DNA of 64,000 nucleotides from positions 24,297,821 to 24,361,820 of the forward strand of contig NC_092379.1 in NCBI RefSeq assembly GCF_030028105.1, in the 5' to 3' direction. The position numbers and the translations under genes are program-made. The notes below the pieces were generated by a model. That model was given only the letters and a program-made list of their open reading frames with translations, was not told the DNA's origin and did no database searches. This stretch comes from Mobula birostris (taxonomy: Eukaryota). Of this stretch, positions 50,036 through 63,229 are shown in pieces. Each line of letters opens with the position of its first letter. Position 1 is the stretch's first letter.

Positions 50036-50182
50036 NNNNNNNNNNNNNNNNNNNNNNNNNNNNNNNNNNNNNNNNNNNNNNNNNNNNNNNNNNNNNNNNN
50101 NNNNNNNNNNNNNNNNNNNNNNNNNNNNNNNNNNNNNNNNNNNNNNNNNNNNNNNNNNNNNNNNNNNNNNNNNNNNNNNNNN
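50036..50182. other. Assembly gap (147 N)
   Basis: Run of N flanked by CT-rich sequence. Confidence 0.99.
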
Positions 50183-50189
50183 TCCTCTT

Positions 50190-51700
50190 CCTTTTTTCAC
50201 CTTCTACTACAACTGTTGGAGGGCTTTTATCAGCTACGTGGAACAATCCATTTTCCAGCCTACAGTCATGTCTGTCCCCAACTTTTTTCCGCTACATCGA
50301 CGACTGCGTTGATGCTACTTTCTGTACCAATACCGAGCTGGTCGAGGACTTCACATTTGCCTCTAACTTCCACTCTGCCCTGAAAAATACCTGGTCCTCT
50401 TCGGACACCTTCCTCCCCTTTCTCGATCTCATTGCCTCTACCTCTGGAGACAGCGTGCCTACTGATATCTATTATAAACAAACGGACTCTCACAGCTACC
50501 TGGACTATAGCTCTTCCCACGCATGTACTTGTTTAAACGCCATCTGCTTCTCTCAATTCCTCCATCTCCATGGCATCTGTTCTCAGGATGAGGCTATATA
50601 ATTCCAGACATGGATGTCCTCTTTTATCAGTGAAAGGACTTCCCTTCCTCTACCATCAACACTGCCCTCATCTCTTCCATTTCATGCGCATCTGTTTTTA
50701 CCCCATCCACCAGCAACCCCACCAGGGACAGGGTTGCTCTTGAACTCGCCTATAATTTCACCTGCCTTCGTGTCTAGCACATAATTCTCTGGAACTTCTG
50801 CCACCTCCAACGAGATCGCACCACAAAAAACTTCTTTCCTTGCCCCCCACTTTATGCTTTCCACAGGGATCTCTCGGTACGCAAACCCCTTGTCCATTCG
50901 TCCCCTCCCAGTGAAATTGCTCCTGGCACTTATCCTTGCAAGAGGAACAAGTGCAACACCTGTCCCAAAACCTCCTCTCTCACTACCATTGAGGGCCCCA
51001 AACATTCCTTCCATGTGCGGCGTCACTTCACATGCGAGTCTGTTAGGGTCCTATACTGTGTTCGGTGCTCCCGCTCTGGCCCCTTGTATATTGTAGATTG
51101 CAAGTCCGTTTCACTGCGGTCCGCCAGTAGAAGCGGGATCTCCCTATGGCCACCCGTTTTAATTCCACTGTCTATTTTCAGTACGATATGCCAATCCATG
51201 GCATCCTATACAAAAGCGAAGAGGCCATGCTCGAGTTGGAGGCACAACACCTTATATTCCGTCTTGGTAGCCTCTATGCTGATAGCATGAACATCAAGTT
51301 CTCGAACTTCCGTTAAAGAACCCCACCCCCACCTGCGTTGCCCTTCACCAGTCCTCATCCCCTTTTCCTTCTATCACCTTCTCTCCATGCCTGACCATCG
51401 CCTACCTCTGGTGCTCTTTCCCTTTACTTTTCTCCATTACTTTCTATCTCCACTTGTCAAACTTCTCCTTCTTCAGCCCGTATCTGTTCAAATAGCCAAC
51501 TTTTTTTTTTCATCTCTTCCCCTCCCTGTTTCACTTATCACCTTGTGTTTCTCTGTCCCATCCCCCGCCTTTTAAATCTAATATTCATCTTTCCTTTTCT
51601 CCAATCCTGCTGAAGCGATTCGGCTTGGAACGTCAAAAGTGTTTTTCTTTTTTTTTTTCCTCATAGATGCTGCCTAGGCTGCTGCAATCCTCCAGCATTT
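50190..51700 (+). mobile_element. Penelope-like retroelement (RT C-terminus plus GIY-YIG remnants)
   Basis: RYIDDC...LPFLDL...TDIYYKQTDSHSYLDYSSSH, followed by HFTCESVRVLYCVRCSRSGPLYI. Confidence 0.85.
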
Positions 51701-51835
51701 TGACTGTGTTCCCTGCAGAACAATGCTGGTTAAGAGGACTGAACTGGAAACATACTCTCTTGATTCCCACTCTTTGCTTCATGCCTGTCAGAAATTCTTC
51801 CCATGCTAGTATAGATCGTTTAACAAACTGGTATA

Positions 51836-53477
51836 CAGTGGTATATAAAATCTTGGGCACCCCGGTCAAAATTTTTGTTACTGTGAATAGCTAAACAAGG
51901 ACAAGATGACCTGATTTCCAAAAAGGCATAAAGTTAAAGATGACTCAAGTATTTAATATTTCAAGCAATATTATTTTTTTTATTTACATATTTTAGATTT
52001 ACAAAATAGCAAAAAAGGCAAGGGTCCCGGAGCAAACGTAATGGGCAGTCTGAATGGTCAGTACTCAGTAGCATGCCCTTCGTCAACTACACCAGCTTGC
52101 AAACGTTTTTTTTTTTTGTAGCCAGCTAAGAGCCTTCCCATTCTTCTTTGGGGGACTTTCATCCATTCTCCCTTAAAAAAAAACGGCTTCTAGGTCTGCG
52201 AAATTTTGAGCCGTCTTGCATGCATTGTTCTTTTAAGGTCTATCCACAGATTTTTGATGATATATAGATCGGGGAACTTTAAGGGCCATGATGAAACCTT
52301 CAATCTGCCCCTCTTGATGTAGTCCATTGTGGATTTTGAGGTGTGTTTCGGATCATTATCCTGTTGTAGAAGCCATTTTTTTTTCATCATCAGCTTCTTT
52401 TTTACAGACGGTGTGATGTTTGCTTCCAGAATGTGATGGTACTTCATTGAGTTCATTCTTCCCTCTACCAGTGATATGTTTCCCTTACAACTGGCTGCAG
52501 CACAAGCCCAAAGCATGATCGATGCACCCTCATCCTTAACAGTTGGAGTGGTGCTCCCTTCATGAAATTATGCACCTTTATTTTTCTCCAAACCTACCTT
52601 TGCTCATTGCGGCCAAAAATATAAATTTTATATTTCATCAGTCCACATTACTGGTTTCCAAAATGTATCTGGCTGGTTTAGATGTCCCTTTGAAAACTTT
52701 TGACACTGCATTTTTGGTGTTGCTCACGCAGGAAAGGTTTTCTTCTGCTGACTCTCCCATGAAGATCTTATTTGTGCAGGTGTTGCTGCAGAGTAGAACA
52801 GCTAACCACCACTCCAAAGTCTGATAAATCTTCCTGAATGTCTTTTGCAGTCAAACCGTGGTTTGGATTTCCCATTCTAACAATCGTACGACCAGTTCTC
52901 TCTGAAAGTTTTCTTGGTCTTCAAGACCTCAACTTGTCCTCCTCCGTTCCTGTTAACTGCCGTTTCTTAAATACATTAAACTGAGGCATCGGCTACCTGT
53001 AAACGCTTCGCTATCTTCTTATAGCCTTCTCCTCCTTTAAGGGCATCAATTATTTCAATTAACAGGGTGCTAGGCAGCTACTTGGTGGAACCCATGGCTG
53101 CTGGTTACTCTGACAGGGTTTGTCGAGTCAGTCTATTTATAAAGATTTGAAGTTTGCGTAATCTGACCTTTCCAAACGATGATTGTGAGCAAGCCATAGC
53201 ACTAACAAACGAATTAAAGACTGACACCTTGCCAAAAATTTATCTGAGAGCTGCAATCTCTTGGGGTGCCCAAACATTTGCATGGTGCTGCTTTCCTTTT
53301 TTTCCTCTCTAAAATTGTACGAAATAAAAATAATACACTAATGTTGCTTAAATTGTTGAAAAGGAAGTTTCGTCTTGAACTTTATGAATTTTGGAGATCA
53401 GTTCATCTTCTACTCATTTAACTATTCGCAGTAACAGACATTTTGACCAAGGGTGCCAAAACGTTTGCATGCCACTG
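51836..53477 (-). mobile_element. Full-length Tc1/mariner DNA transposon, transposase decayed
   Basis: TA|CAGTGGTATATAAAATCTTGGGCACCCCGGTCAAAA...TTTTGACCAAGGGTGCCAAAACGTTTGCATGCCACTG|TA, 1642 bp. Peptide LQQDNDPKHTSKST...WPLKFPDL.IIKNLW (DD34E-type region). Confidence 0.92.
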
Positions 53478-55254
53478 TATAATGTTGTTAACCAGCATCA
53501 TCTGCGGCACCTAGTCAAAGGCAATTCGTTTGAGCAACAATCAATGGATGTCCATTGTCTATCATACCTTAGGTTTTCTGAAAGAATTTCAACGGGTTTG
53601 TAAGGCAGCACTTCCAGTTTAGGAATCCATTCTGTTTTTGGCCTGCTATATCATGTGAGTTTAATTATTCTGAAACTTCATCGGTAATAATGGACTTCGA
53701 AAACTTCAAAACTACTGATGTAAATCTACTTTGCGAATATTGTGCTTTATTGCTCACAAGTTCTTTAATTGTGAATGCTATTTTCAATTGCCCTCCACCC
53801 ATCTTCAAACTTTGACTCATCATCTTTTATTCTCCAATCCAGAGGAATGATATTGATCAGGAACGTCGACTGTACTCTTTTCCATAGATGCTGCCCGGCC
53901 ATGTCAGTTAGTCCAGCATCTTGTGTGTGTTATTTGGACGTGCCGCATCTGGAGATGTTCTCTTGTTGGTTATTTCAATTTTTCAGTATCTATTGATTCT
54001 TGAATGATTATTAATAATGCCTCTACAATAGCTTCAGCTACCTCTTTAAGGACCCAGCGATGTGCTTCTTTCGGTGCAGTGACCTATCTGCATCTCTGCT
54101 TCCAGGCATACTCCCTTGTTAGTAGGAACTACAGTGACTTCTGCACCCAGGCAGTCCAGAATTTCTAACAAATTACTCCGTGCCGTCTGTAGTGAATACT
54201 GACAAAAAAAAAAAAAATGCATTAAGGTCGAATACCATTTTTTTCTCCATCTTTTTCTGTACCGCCAGTATCATTTTTCCACCGGTCCAATATCCACCGT
54301 CGTCTTTATTTTAATCTTTATATATCTGAATGTTTCCTCATTAATATTACTGACTCGCTTACTTTCATTTCCATCAATCTTTGCTATGTGTTTCTTGCCT
54401 TTGTCAAACTAGGTTTAATACGATTATCTGTTGCTTCGGTAAGTGTCGATTAAAATTTAACAAATCAGCGAATGTACCACATCACAAAAGGCCTGGAACT
54501 CCTTCTTCGAAGAGATTGAATAGCAATCGAAAAGGCAGATCGAGAGCGTGAAGGGGTTTTGGCTACAGTTGTTGATATAGTTGAAATTGCTTAGGAAATT
54601 GAACCGGCTATGCTGCAGGTGCAGTGTGGATCGTTCCCAATGTCCCAATACGTTTAATGAGAAAACTTCTCCAAAGGTGTTCATTTCTGGACTCATTCTT
54701 GTAAATCACTTTTAGACCTCCCCGATACTTACGGATAATTTCTCAATTTGGCTCCAAAAATATAAACAATGTTTTCTCAGAGCTGTTTAAATTATCAGTT
54801 TTTTGGTATTTGGTGATAACACTTATGACTTTAGTTATCTGCTTTCCAAGCAGGACTATTTATCTGCAATTGTAACTATTGTACAATCTGCACATGTTTC
54901 TTCACTCCAGAACGTTAGAATCAGAATATCTTGCGTCAGTTACCATACTTCACATTTACCATTTAGATTTTGTTGTTATAGAATTTCTTGGAAACATGTT
55001 TTATCTTACTCTGTTGCCTTTTAAATACATTGAATTACCGCTATTGTGTTACATGCGGGCGGGCGACTTGGAGATCAAATGTTCCGTCTGTACTTCGTAA
55101 ACTACCCGCGGTTTCATGATGCAATATTCTGAAAAAAAAAAGTAAAACCCTACTGATAACTGTACACAGATTACATGGTATTGGTGCATTGTACTCATTA
55201 TTGTGCAAATAAATCGATTATACTTTATTATCGTAGACAAGTGACTGTGTCGCT

Positions 55255-55471
55255 GGGAGTGCGTCTGTGTGTGTGCGTGTGACTCTGTGTTTCTGCATGC
55301 GTGTGTGAGTGTGTGTGTTTGTGTCACAGTGTCAGCTCATTTCTACATTTTCTTACCTCTACTGTTGTCCTCTTTTCTGGAGACATGCTTAAAATCTCAA
55401 TTGAAGTTCACGTCTGTAGTTCGAACTTTATTATCACAGGCGACTGCCTGTGGGCGTTGGAAGTGTGTGTG

Positions 55472-55510
<39 letters not shown>

Positions 55511-55650
55511 GTGCGTATGTGTGTGTCTGTGTTTGTGTGCGCGCGCGTGCGTCTGTGTGAGTGCGTGTGTGTGTGTCAAAGTGTCAGTTCATTTCTAAGT
55601 TTTCTCATCTCTACACCTGGCCTCTTTTCTGGAGAAAATTTTGAAATAGC
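55255..55650. repeat. (TG)n-rich tandem duplication, two copies of a (TG)n plus ~70-bp unique unit
   Basis: gtgtc.(c/a)agtgtcag.tcatttcta..ttttct.a.ctctac...g.cctcttttctggaga occurs at ~55320 and ~55575. Confidence 0.8.
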
Positions 55651-57329
55651 ATTTGTAGTATCCCATTTGATACGACCAGATGAAATTCTTCCACAGATCC
55701 AAGAAAAAACACGTTTTATTGTAGTTGAATAAACATATTTCACTTTAAATTTCGATCAGAATTTATTTAACTATTACCTGAAGTTATTTATTTCACTTTA
55801 TGCTCGTCCATTTGCCCTATCAGTATAAGAATGGAGGAGATTTGGAAGTTTCTTTGCATACCCAGCCTATGACCTCAGAGTGAACAGCAGTCAACATCGA
55901 TTCTAGGCTGTGAACAATCCATATCGTGTCGTGCATTGCTGGTGAAACGATTTTGTTTTTCATTGTTAAAAAAAAAGTGTAACTGTTGAGCAGCAACAAA
56001 GCTATACTTGTTTCCAGGATTAACCAAAAGAGTGAGCACGTGCAAGTAACAAAACAGCAATTTGGTTGAATAATAATTACAAAATTATTCTGTACATTGG
56101 TATTATTTCTCATATGGAGTTTTTCCTTATATTCTTGTCTGGACGGATCATCGTACTCATTGGATAAGCGAAAATGCGTTTGAACTTTAAAAATCATTTT
56201 GCAACGAAGTAGCAACATGTGTGCACACTTTACTGATGCATTGATTCTACTTATTTCGCTGTGAGGTGAATACGAACAACAGTTGACAGCCAGGCAACAG
56301 GATGCAAAGGACATCCTTTGCACGAAATAACTTCAACTCGTTTAATAGTTTAACGTTAATCAGAAAAAAAATCATCTCCCACCGGGGGGTTGGCCGGGGG
56401 ATCTACTTAATTTTGCTTATTTCCCTCTACATTTTCCGTAACTTGCAACCTTGTGCAATCTATCTTTGCCTCTGTCACACCCTCTTCTCTGCTTGATGTG
56501 CCAAGATTTTGAGACTTCGCAGCTCGTCCCCAACTTTGAAATTCTCTTCTGCCTCTAATAGATAGCTGATAAATTGAAATGCTCTTGAACCGATGAGCTG
56601 GGCACTTCCTCTTATAACGCACGATAAATTTGGGTATATCTCATTCGACCAGCTTCGATGCGATGGAGATAAATGTCTACGTACGTCATCATTTTTCATA
56701 ATTTCTGCTGTTACTGAATTTATCCCTTTCGAGCCACCTCCTTTTGAGGTAGTTGTCGAAGACCTACAAATGATGGGTGGTCACTGCACAAAATGTGCGG
56801 AGCCAGCATTTCGAGTAATTTGTGTTGCCTTTCTCAAATAGTTGCAGCAATAATGACAATAATCTGGAGGTAAAGCAGATGATGATTCATAACGATGTAA
56901 CTGGGGAAGAGGAACAAAGTTCTGAGACGAGACTGGATAGTCATGGACGTTTCACTCCCTGTGCCAGAAACCGAGGAGTTTATTTTAGCTTGTAGTCATT
57001 ATTGCTGCAACTGGGTGAGTATAACTGCACAAAGTACTTCCAATGCTCGATTCAAGTCGTTGTGTACAAAAATAATGGCAAGCCTAGCAACGACGGACGT
57101 TCACAGACTTTCTGTACGATACTTTGCCCAAAACATAAAAGGCCATGGGAATGCTGAAAAGAAGGATGTGACTGGCAGATTTCTCCGACAAAAAAGTTGG
57201 TAAGTATATGAAACAAGCTGACAGAACAACTGGGAATTTTCTGGTACAAATACACATTTAAAAGACAGTTGGGTCCACCACATTTTTTGTTGTTGTTGTT
57301 GTGGACTTGTTTCTTTGTATAGACCCATT

Positions 57330-58320
57330 GGATAAAGGTTTAATATCCACTCTTGGTGATAAGTCAGCGACTTTGAGCTGTGCCCTGTTGATAAAATAGA
57401 ACTGCCTGAGAGCATGATTTAAATATTTCTCTGCCCGAAGGGGTTTGGGATTCAATTATTCAGTCAGTTAACTCAACCTATTTATATGCTCGCCACTGCC
57501 TTTTTGCAGTTCAAGTTTGTATATAGTGCTCATTTGTCTAAAATTAAATTATCGCCGTTCTAATCCGATATTAGTCCATCCTGTGACAAGTGTGAAGTGG
57601 GCGAGACTGCTCTTAAACATATGTGTTGGGATTGTCCAAGTTTGGAGAAATTTTGGAGAGATGAATTTTTATCTTTATCCCATATCCTTAATTGCCACTG
57701 AGAACCTAACCCTTTGAGTTCTATTGTTGGAATTTTAGGTGAAGTTGACACGCATCTGAGTCCGACTAAACGCCGAATATTGTCTTTTGCCTCTCTTTTG
57801 GCTAGAAGTTTAGTTCTTCTGAGGTGGAAAGATGTTGCCCCACCCACTCATGCTCAATAGCTTAGAGACATTATGTCCTGCGTCAACCTTGAAAAAAAAT
57901 CATTATTCACTTCTTAATTCCGAAATAAAGTTCCATAAGGCGTGGGGACCTTTTCTTGATTATTTTAGATTAAAGGTTTATCTGCCTTTGTCTTTTAGTA
58001 CTTTAATCCCCTGCATCCAGCTTTTTTTCTGGTTAAATTTTATAGTTCTTTTTTTTATGATGTGAAGTACATTATGGTTTAGTTAAGTTTGTTCTGGTAA
58101 TACACTTTTTTTTATATTCACAGCTCTGTCGTGACAAATGTTCTGATCAACTTTTCTTTATATCATAATGGTTGGCTTGGAGCTGTGTAGTGGGAGGGTG
58201 GGGATGAAAATAACTTTATATGATTTTATTTTGGGTGCTTTTTCTTTACTGTTATGAATTCTTCGGCAGACACGTTGCTTTGCGCTGTATAAATCTCCTT
58301 TTTGTTTGTGTTTTTTTTTG
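57330..58320 (+). mobile_element. L1/Tx1-clade LINE 3' fragment
   Basis: cctgtgacaagtgtgaag...ttgtccaagtttggagaaattttgg (C-terminal Cys-rich domain remnant) and an AT-rich 3' UTR ending in ctcctttttgtttg. Confidence 0.65.
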
Positions 58321-59126
58321 AAAAATAGATAGTTGGGTGAGTACGTGGATAGGAAAGAGGATGGAGTTTTATTGGCCAAATGCATGTCAACTGACCAGTG
58401 CAACAGGAAACATAGTTGGCATGGACAAGTTAGAAGTGTCATATTCCTTGCTGTATCTATGAACCTATCAATGGTGTGTAGAGTTGGCATAGCCTCCCGG
58501 TTGAACACCAGTTATTGAGTTATGAAATGATAACATTGCTTCGTTGAAATTCGAATGAAATCTTTAGGAAAGTGGAAGGGCAAAACCCACGTTCTTAAAC
58601 TGGTATCATGGAAGTCATTGTATCTTTCACCAGTTTTCTATCTAACAGGTTGGCATACAACACTTAATTTAGAATATACCAGCAGAAAGAGGGTTAACTA
58701 ATATAACGCTGCATACATCAGCAGTATCTTCACTGGTGCACTGTTGAGAAGTGAGCACTGGAATAAACTTATCTGATGTGCGGTTTCAGGAAAGACGGTG
58801 GTAAAATTTGTCAGTTTCAGACTGTGGTTTCCTTGCCTGGGACTTGAAAGTTGAACAGCGAAGTTACAGTTAAACTGGTGCAGAGGTGCAGTAGGCGGAT
58901 AATGAAATGATATAAAACGACCAAGATTAACATTCAGACATGTGAATTGTCAAGCATCTATTTTGCCCCATTCATGAATCATAAATAGCCGTGGTGTAAA
59001 GCCCCGTGAGCATATTTCAACATTAACATCAAATTTGTTATTTCTTTCCGAACCCAGACGGTGAATCAAGTATATCAGGCAATGTCTCTCAAATTTTATT
59101 TTATTTTTTAAATCCATAACAGAAAT

Positions 59127-59292
59127 NNNNNNNNNNNNNNNNNNNNNNNNNNNNNNNNNNNNNNNNNNNNNNNNNNNNNNNNNNNNNNNNNNNNNNNNNN
59201 NNNNNNNNNNNNNNNNNNNNNNNNNNNNNNNNNNNNNNNNNNNNNNNNNNNNNNNNNNNNNNNNNNNNNNNNNNNNNNNNNNNNNNNNNNNN
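59127..59292. other. Assembly gap (166 N)
   Basis: Run of N. Confidence 0.99.
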
Positions 59293-60198
59293 TAGAAGCT
59301 TGGTATGCCAAATTTGCATTAACTGAGGCCGGTGTACTAACTAATTCAGCTGTAACCTCTCCAGAAGTGATCTTCCCTAAAGTCACTATTTAATCCTATA
59401 AAACATGGCCTTGTTATTATTATTATTATTTTCTTTTTCTGTAATTGGGAACTTATTTTTCACACACAAACGGCATATTTTAATTTATTCTTCTGATGCA
59501 TTTCATTCTGCTGCAGAAAACCAAATATTTTCTTTTATATTATATATCTAATTTCGTTAGGTGTAAGTCGTGCTGACGAGACTCAGTGCAAACTCCACAT
59601 CGATACGTGTTTTGTGATGCCAAAAGATTTACTGAAACTGGCACTAGACGTTGACTAATTTTCACGTGAAATTTGTCGGCTCAGGGCCGTTTTAATAGGT
59701 TAACCCTTTATAAACAATGAGGAAGTTCAGAACGGTTGTGAAAACTCCACAGGGTGTTCCAAGGGCATTGTGGTCTGAGGGTCATTTATTTTTGGACTTC
59801 TCTGTTCCTCGTCGATTAACCGGGGGACAACCGTCTAGTATAGCTGGAGATCTCATTAATTCCTTAATCACTCGATAAACTGAGAGCATATGTGGAGAGT
59901 TTTAAACAAAGTGTGAGGCCGAAGGACCCCTTTCAGATTTGTATATTGCATGAATTTATTTCTCAAAACATATCCCGTTCATGTTAAAATGCTAGTGTGG
60001 AGTGGGTCGAAATTACCTCCGTTAACAAGTTCCCTCGTCCCAGAAACCACTGGATTAATTTTGATCTAGTGAATTTGAACGTTAAGGATAAAGTCTGTCA
60101 CTACCGATATTCTCACAGCCCTTAACAAACAGGGATGTACGATATCTTGTTCAGGCGACATAGCTATTCCAAGATTAGCTAAATTTCACCATAGGGGA

Positions 60199-60201
<3 letters not shown>

Positions 60202-60251
<50 letters not shown>
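60202..60251. repeat. (CA)n microsatellite
   Basis: Direct inspection; abuts the CR1 3' tail. Confidence 0.95.
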
Positions 60252-60254
<3 letters not shown>

Positions 60255-62511
60255 AACATAGAAACATAGAAACATAGAAAATAGGTGCAGGAGTAGGCCC
60301 TTCGGCCCTTCGAGCCTGCACCGCCATTTATTATGATCATGGCTGATCATCCAACTCAGAACCCCGCCCCAGCCTTCCCTCCATACCCCCTGACCCCCGT
60401 AGCCACAAGGGCCATATCTAACTCCCTCTTAAATATAGCCAATGAACTGGCCTCAACTGTTTCCTGTGGCAGAGAATTCCACAGATTCACCACTCTCTGT
60501 GTGAAGAAGTTTTTCCTAATCTCGGTCCTAAAAGGCTTCCCCTCTATCCTCAAACTGTGGCCCCTTGTTCTGGACTTCCCAAACATCGGGAACAATCTTC
60601 CTGCATCTAGCCTGTCCAATCCCTTTAGGATCTTATACGTTTCAATCAGATCCCCCCTCAATCTTCTAAATTCCAACGAGTACAAGCCCAGTTCATCCAG
60701 TCTTTCTTCATATGAAAGTCCTGCCATCCCAGGAATCAATCTGGTGAACCTTCTTTGTACTCCCTCTATGGCAAGGATGTCTCTCCTCAGATTAGGGGAC
60801 CAAAACTGCACACAATACTCCAGGTGTGGTCTCACCAAGGCCTTGTACAACTGCAGTAGTACCTCCCTGCTACTGTACTCGAATCCTCTCGCTATAAATG
60901 CCAGCATACCATTCGCCTTTTTCACCGCCTGCTGTACTTGCATGCCCACTTTCAATGACTGGTGTATAATGACACCCAGGTCTCGTTGCACCTCCCCTTT
61001 TCCTAATCGGCCACCATTCAGGTAATAATCTGTTTTCCTATTTTTTTCTACCAAAGTGGATAACTTCACATTTATCCACATTAAATTGCATCTGCCATGA
61101 ATTTGCCCACTCACCCAACCTATCCAAGTCACCCTGCATCCTCTTAGCATCCTCCTCACAGCTAACACTGCCACCCAGCTGCGTGTCATCCGCAAACTTG
61201 GAGATGCTGCATTTAATTCCCTCATCCAAGTCATTAATGTATATTGTAAACAACTGGGGTCCCAGCACTGAGCCTTGCGGTACCCCACTAGTCACCGCCT
61301 GACATTTTGAAAAGGTCCCGTTTATTCCCACTCTTTGTTTCCTGTCTGCTAACCAACTCTCCACCCACACCAATACCTTACCCCCAATACCGTGTGCTTT
61401 AAGTTTGCACACTAATCTCCTGTGTGGGACCTTGTCAAAAGCCTTCTGAAAATCCAAGTATACCACATCCACTGGTTCTCCCCTATCCACTCTACTAGTT
61501 ACATCCTCAAAAAATTCTATGAGATTCGTCAGACATGATTTTCCTTTCACAATTCCATGCTGACTTAGTCCGATCATTTCACCGCTTTCCAAATGTGCTG
61601 TTATCACATCCTTGATAAATGACTCCAGCAGTTTCCCCACCACCGACGTTAGGCTAACCGGTCTATAATTCCCCGGTTTCTCTCTCCCTCCTTTTTTAAA
61701 AAATGTGGAGTTACGTTAGCCACCCTCCAATCCTCAGGAACTAGTCCAGAATCTAACGAGTTTTGAAAAATTATCACTAATGCATCCACTATTTCTTGGG
61801 CTACTCTCTTAAGCACCCTGGGATGCAGAACATCCGGCCCTGGGGATTTATCTGCCTTCAATCCCTTCAATTTACCTAACACCACTTCCCTACTAACATG
61901 TATTTCGCTCAGTTCCTCCATCTCACTGGACCCTCTGTCCCCTACTATTTCTGGAAGATTATTTATGTCCTCCTTAGTGAAGACAGAACCAAAGTAATTA
62001 TTCAATTGGTCTGCCATGTCCTTAATCCCCATAATCAATTCACCTGTTTCTGTCTGCAGGGGACTTACATTTGTCTTTACCAGTCTTTTCCTTTTTACAT
62101 ATCTATAAATGCTTTTACAGTCCGTTTTTATGTTTCCTGCCAGTTTTCTCTCGTAATCTTTTTTTCCCTTCCTAATTAAGCCCTTAGTCCTCCTCTGCTG
62201 AACTCTGAATTTCTCCCAGTCCTCAGGTGATCCACTTTCTCTGGCTAATTTGTATGCGTCTTCTTTGGAATTGATACTATCCCTAATTTCTCTTGTCGGC
62301 CACGGGTGCACTACCTTCCTTGATTTATTCTTTTGCCAAACTGGGATGTACAATTGTTGTAGTTCATCCATGCAACCTTTAAATGCTTGCCATTGCATAT
62401 CCACCGTCAATCCTTTAAGTGTCATTTGCCAGTCTATCTTAGCTAATTCACGTCTCATACCTTCAAAGTTAGCCCTCTTTAAGTTCAGAACCTTTGTTTC
62501 TGAATTAACTA
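60252..62511 (-). mobile_element. Young 5'-truncated CR1 LINE (ORF2 RT)
   Basis: Three overlapping long ORFs: LKADKSPGPD..HPRVLK, VYLDFQKAFDKVPH..GVPQGSVLGP..KFADDT, HLEYCVQFWSP..SRTRGHSL. (AAACATAG)n tail. Both frame breaks fall in homopolymer runs. Confidence 0.95.
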
Positions 62512-63229
62512 TTTTAATTAACATGTACAGTTTGGCAGACGATATTATATTTTTGTTTTCCGAAATGATAACGTGTGTAGATGCCGAGGATATAATTCCA
62601 ATACAGAACACTCTGCGTGCGGAGTAGATAATGAAAAAAAAAATCTGTTCAAAATACATCACCTTTTTCGATAGTTTCCCTGAGAATTTGATAGATACAT
62701 CAGAACAACACCGAATGAATAACAATAATTATAAGAACAATAAAAAGCTCTTTTGAAAACTATACAGTATGTTTTCCTTCAACTTTTATATTTGTTGCCT
62801 TGCAATTCCAATATTGCATTTCAATGACATTAGCTGTATAACAATCTGGCTGACCTTGATGACGTTTTTATTGGCTTTGCTCCAGGCCAGCATCCATTTA
62901 TTGCCGTCATCGCAGCAAGTGATAATCGGTAATGTATGGTTATTTGTTCCCTTTAGTAACCACCTCCAATCACTCCATGCAAGTATTAATGCCAACATTC
63001 ACAAAACTGCATGTTATATTATATCAAAGAGCGCCTCACAAATAACTTCTTCTTTGGAAATGATCTACAGTCCAGCAGATCACCTATTGCATCATTGTTT
63101 TTACTGTAGAAAACGGAAAGCCAAGCAACTTCATTCACTAATAGCAGGGCAGAAAGCAGTTCCACAAAATGGTAGCCTCCACCCCCAAACACATGGAACA
63201 AAGATTATTGATCGCTCTTCTTCCACTGT

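Noticed and set aside
54450-54770. Coiled-coil-like plus-strand frame with stops and a minus-strand YIFGAKLRNYP|gtaagt J-like piece
   Set aside because: No RSS, GxG motif incomplete, family not recognised.
59312-59460. Octamer ATTTGCAT, TATA-like element and MALLLLLLF ORF after the gap
   Set aside because: Hydrophobicity comes from a (TTA)n microsatellite; no donor site or V exon follows.
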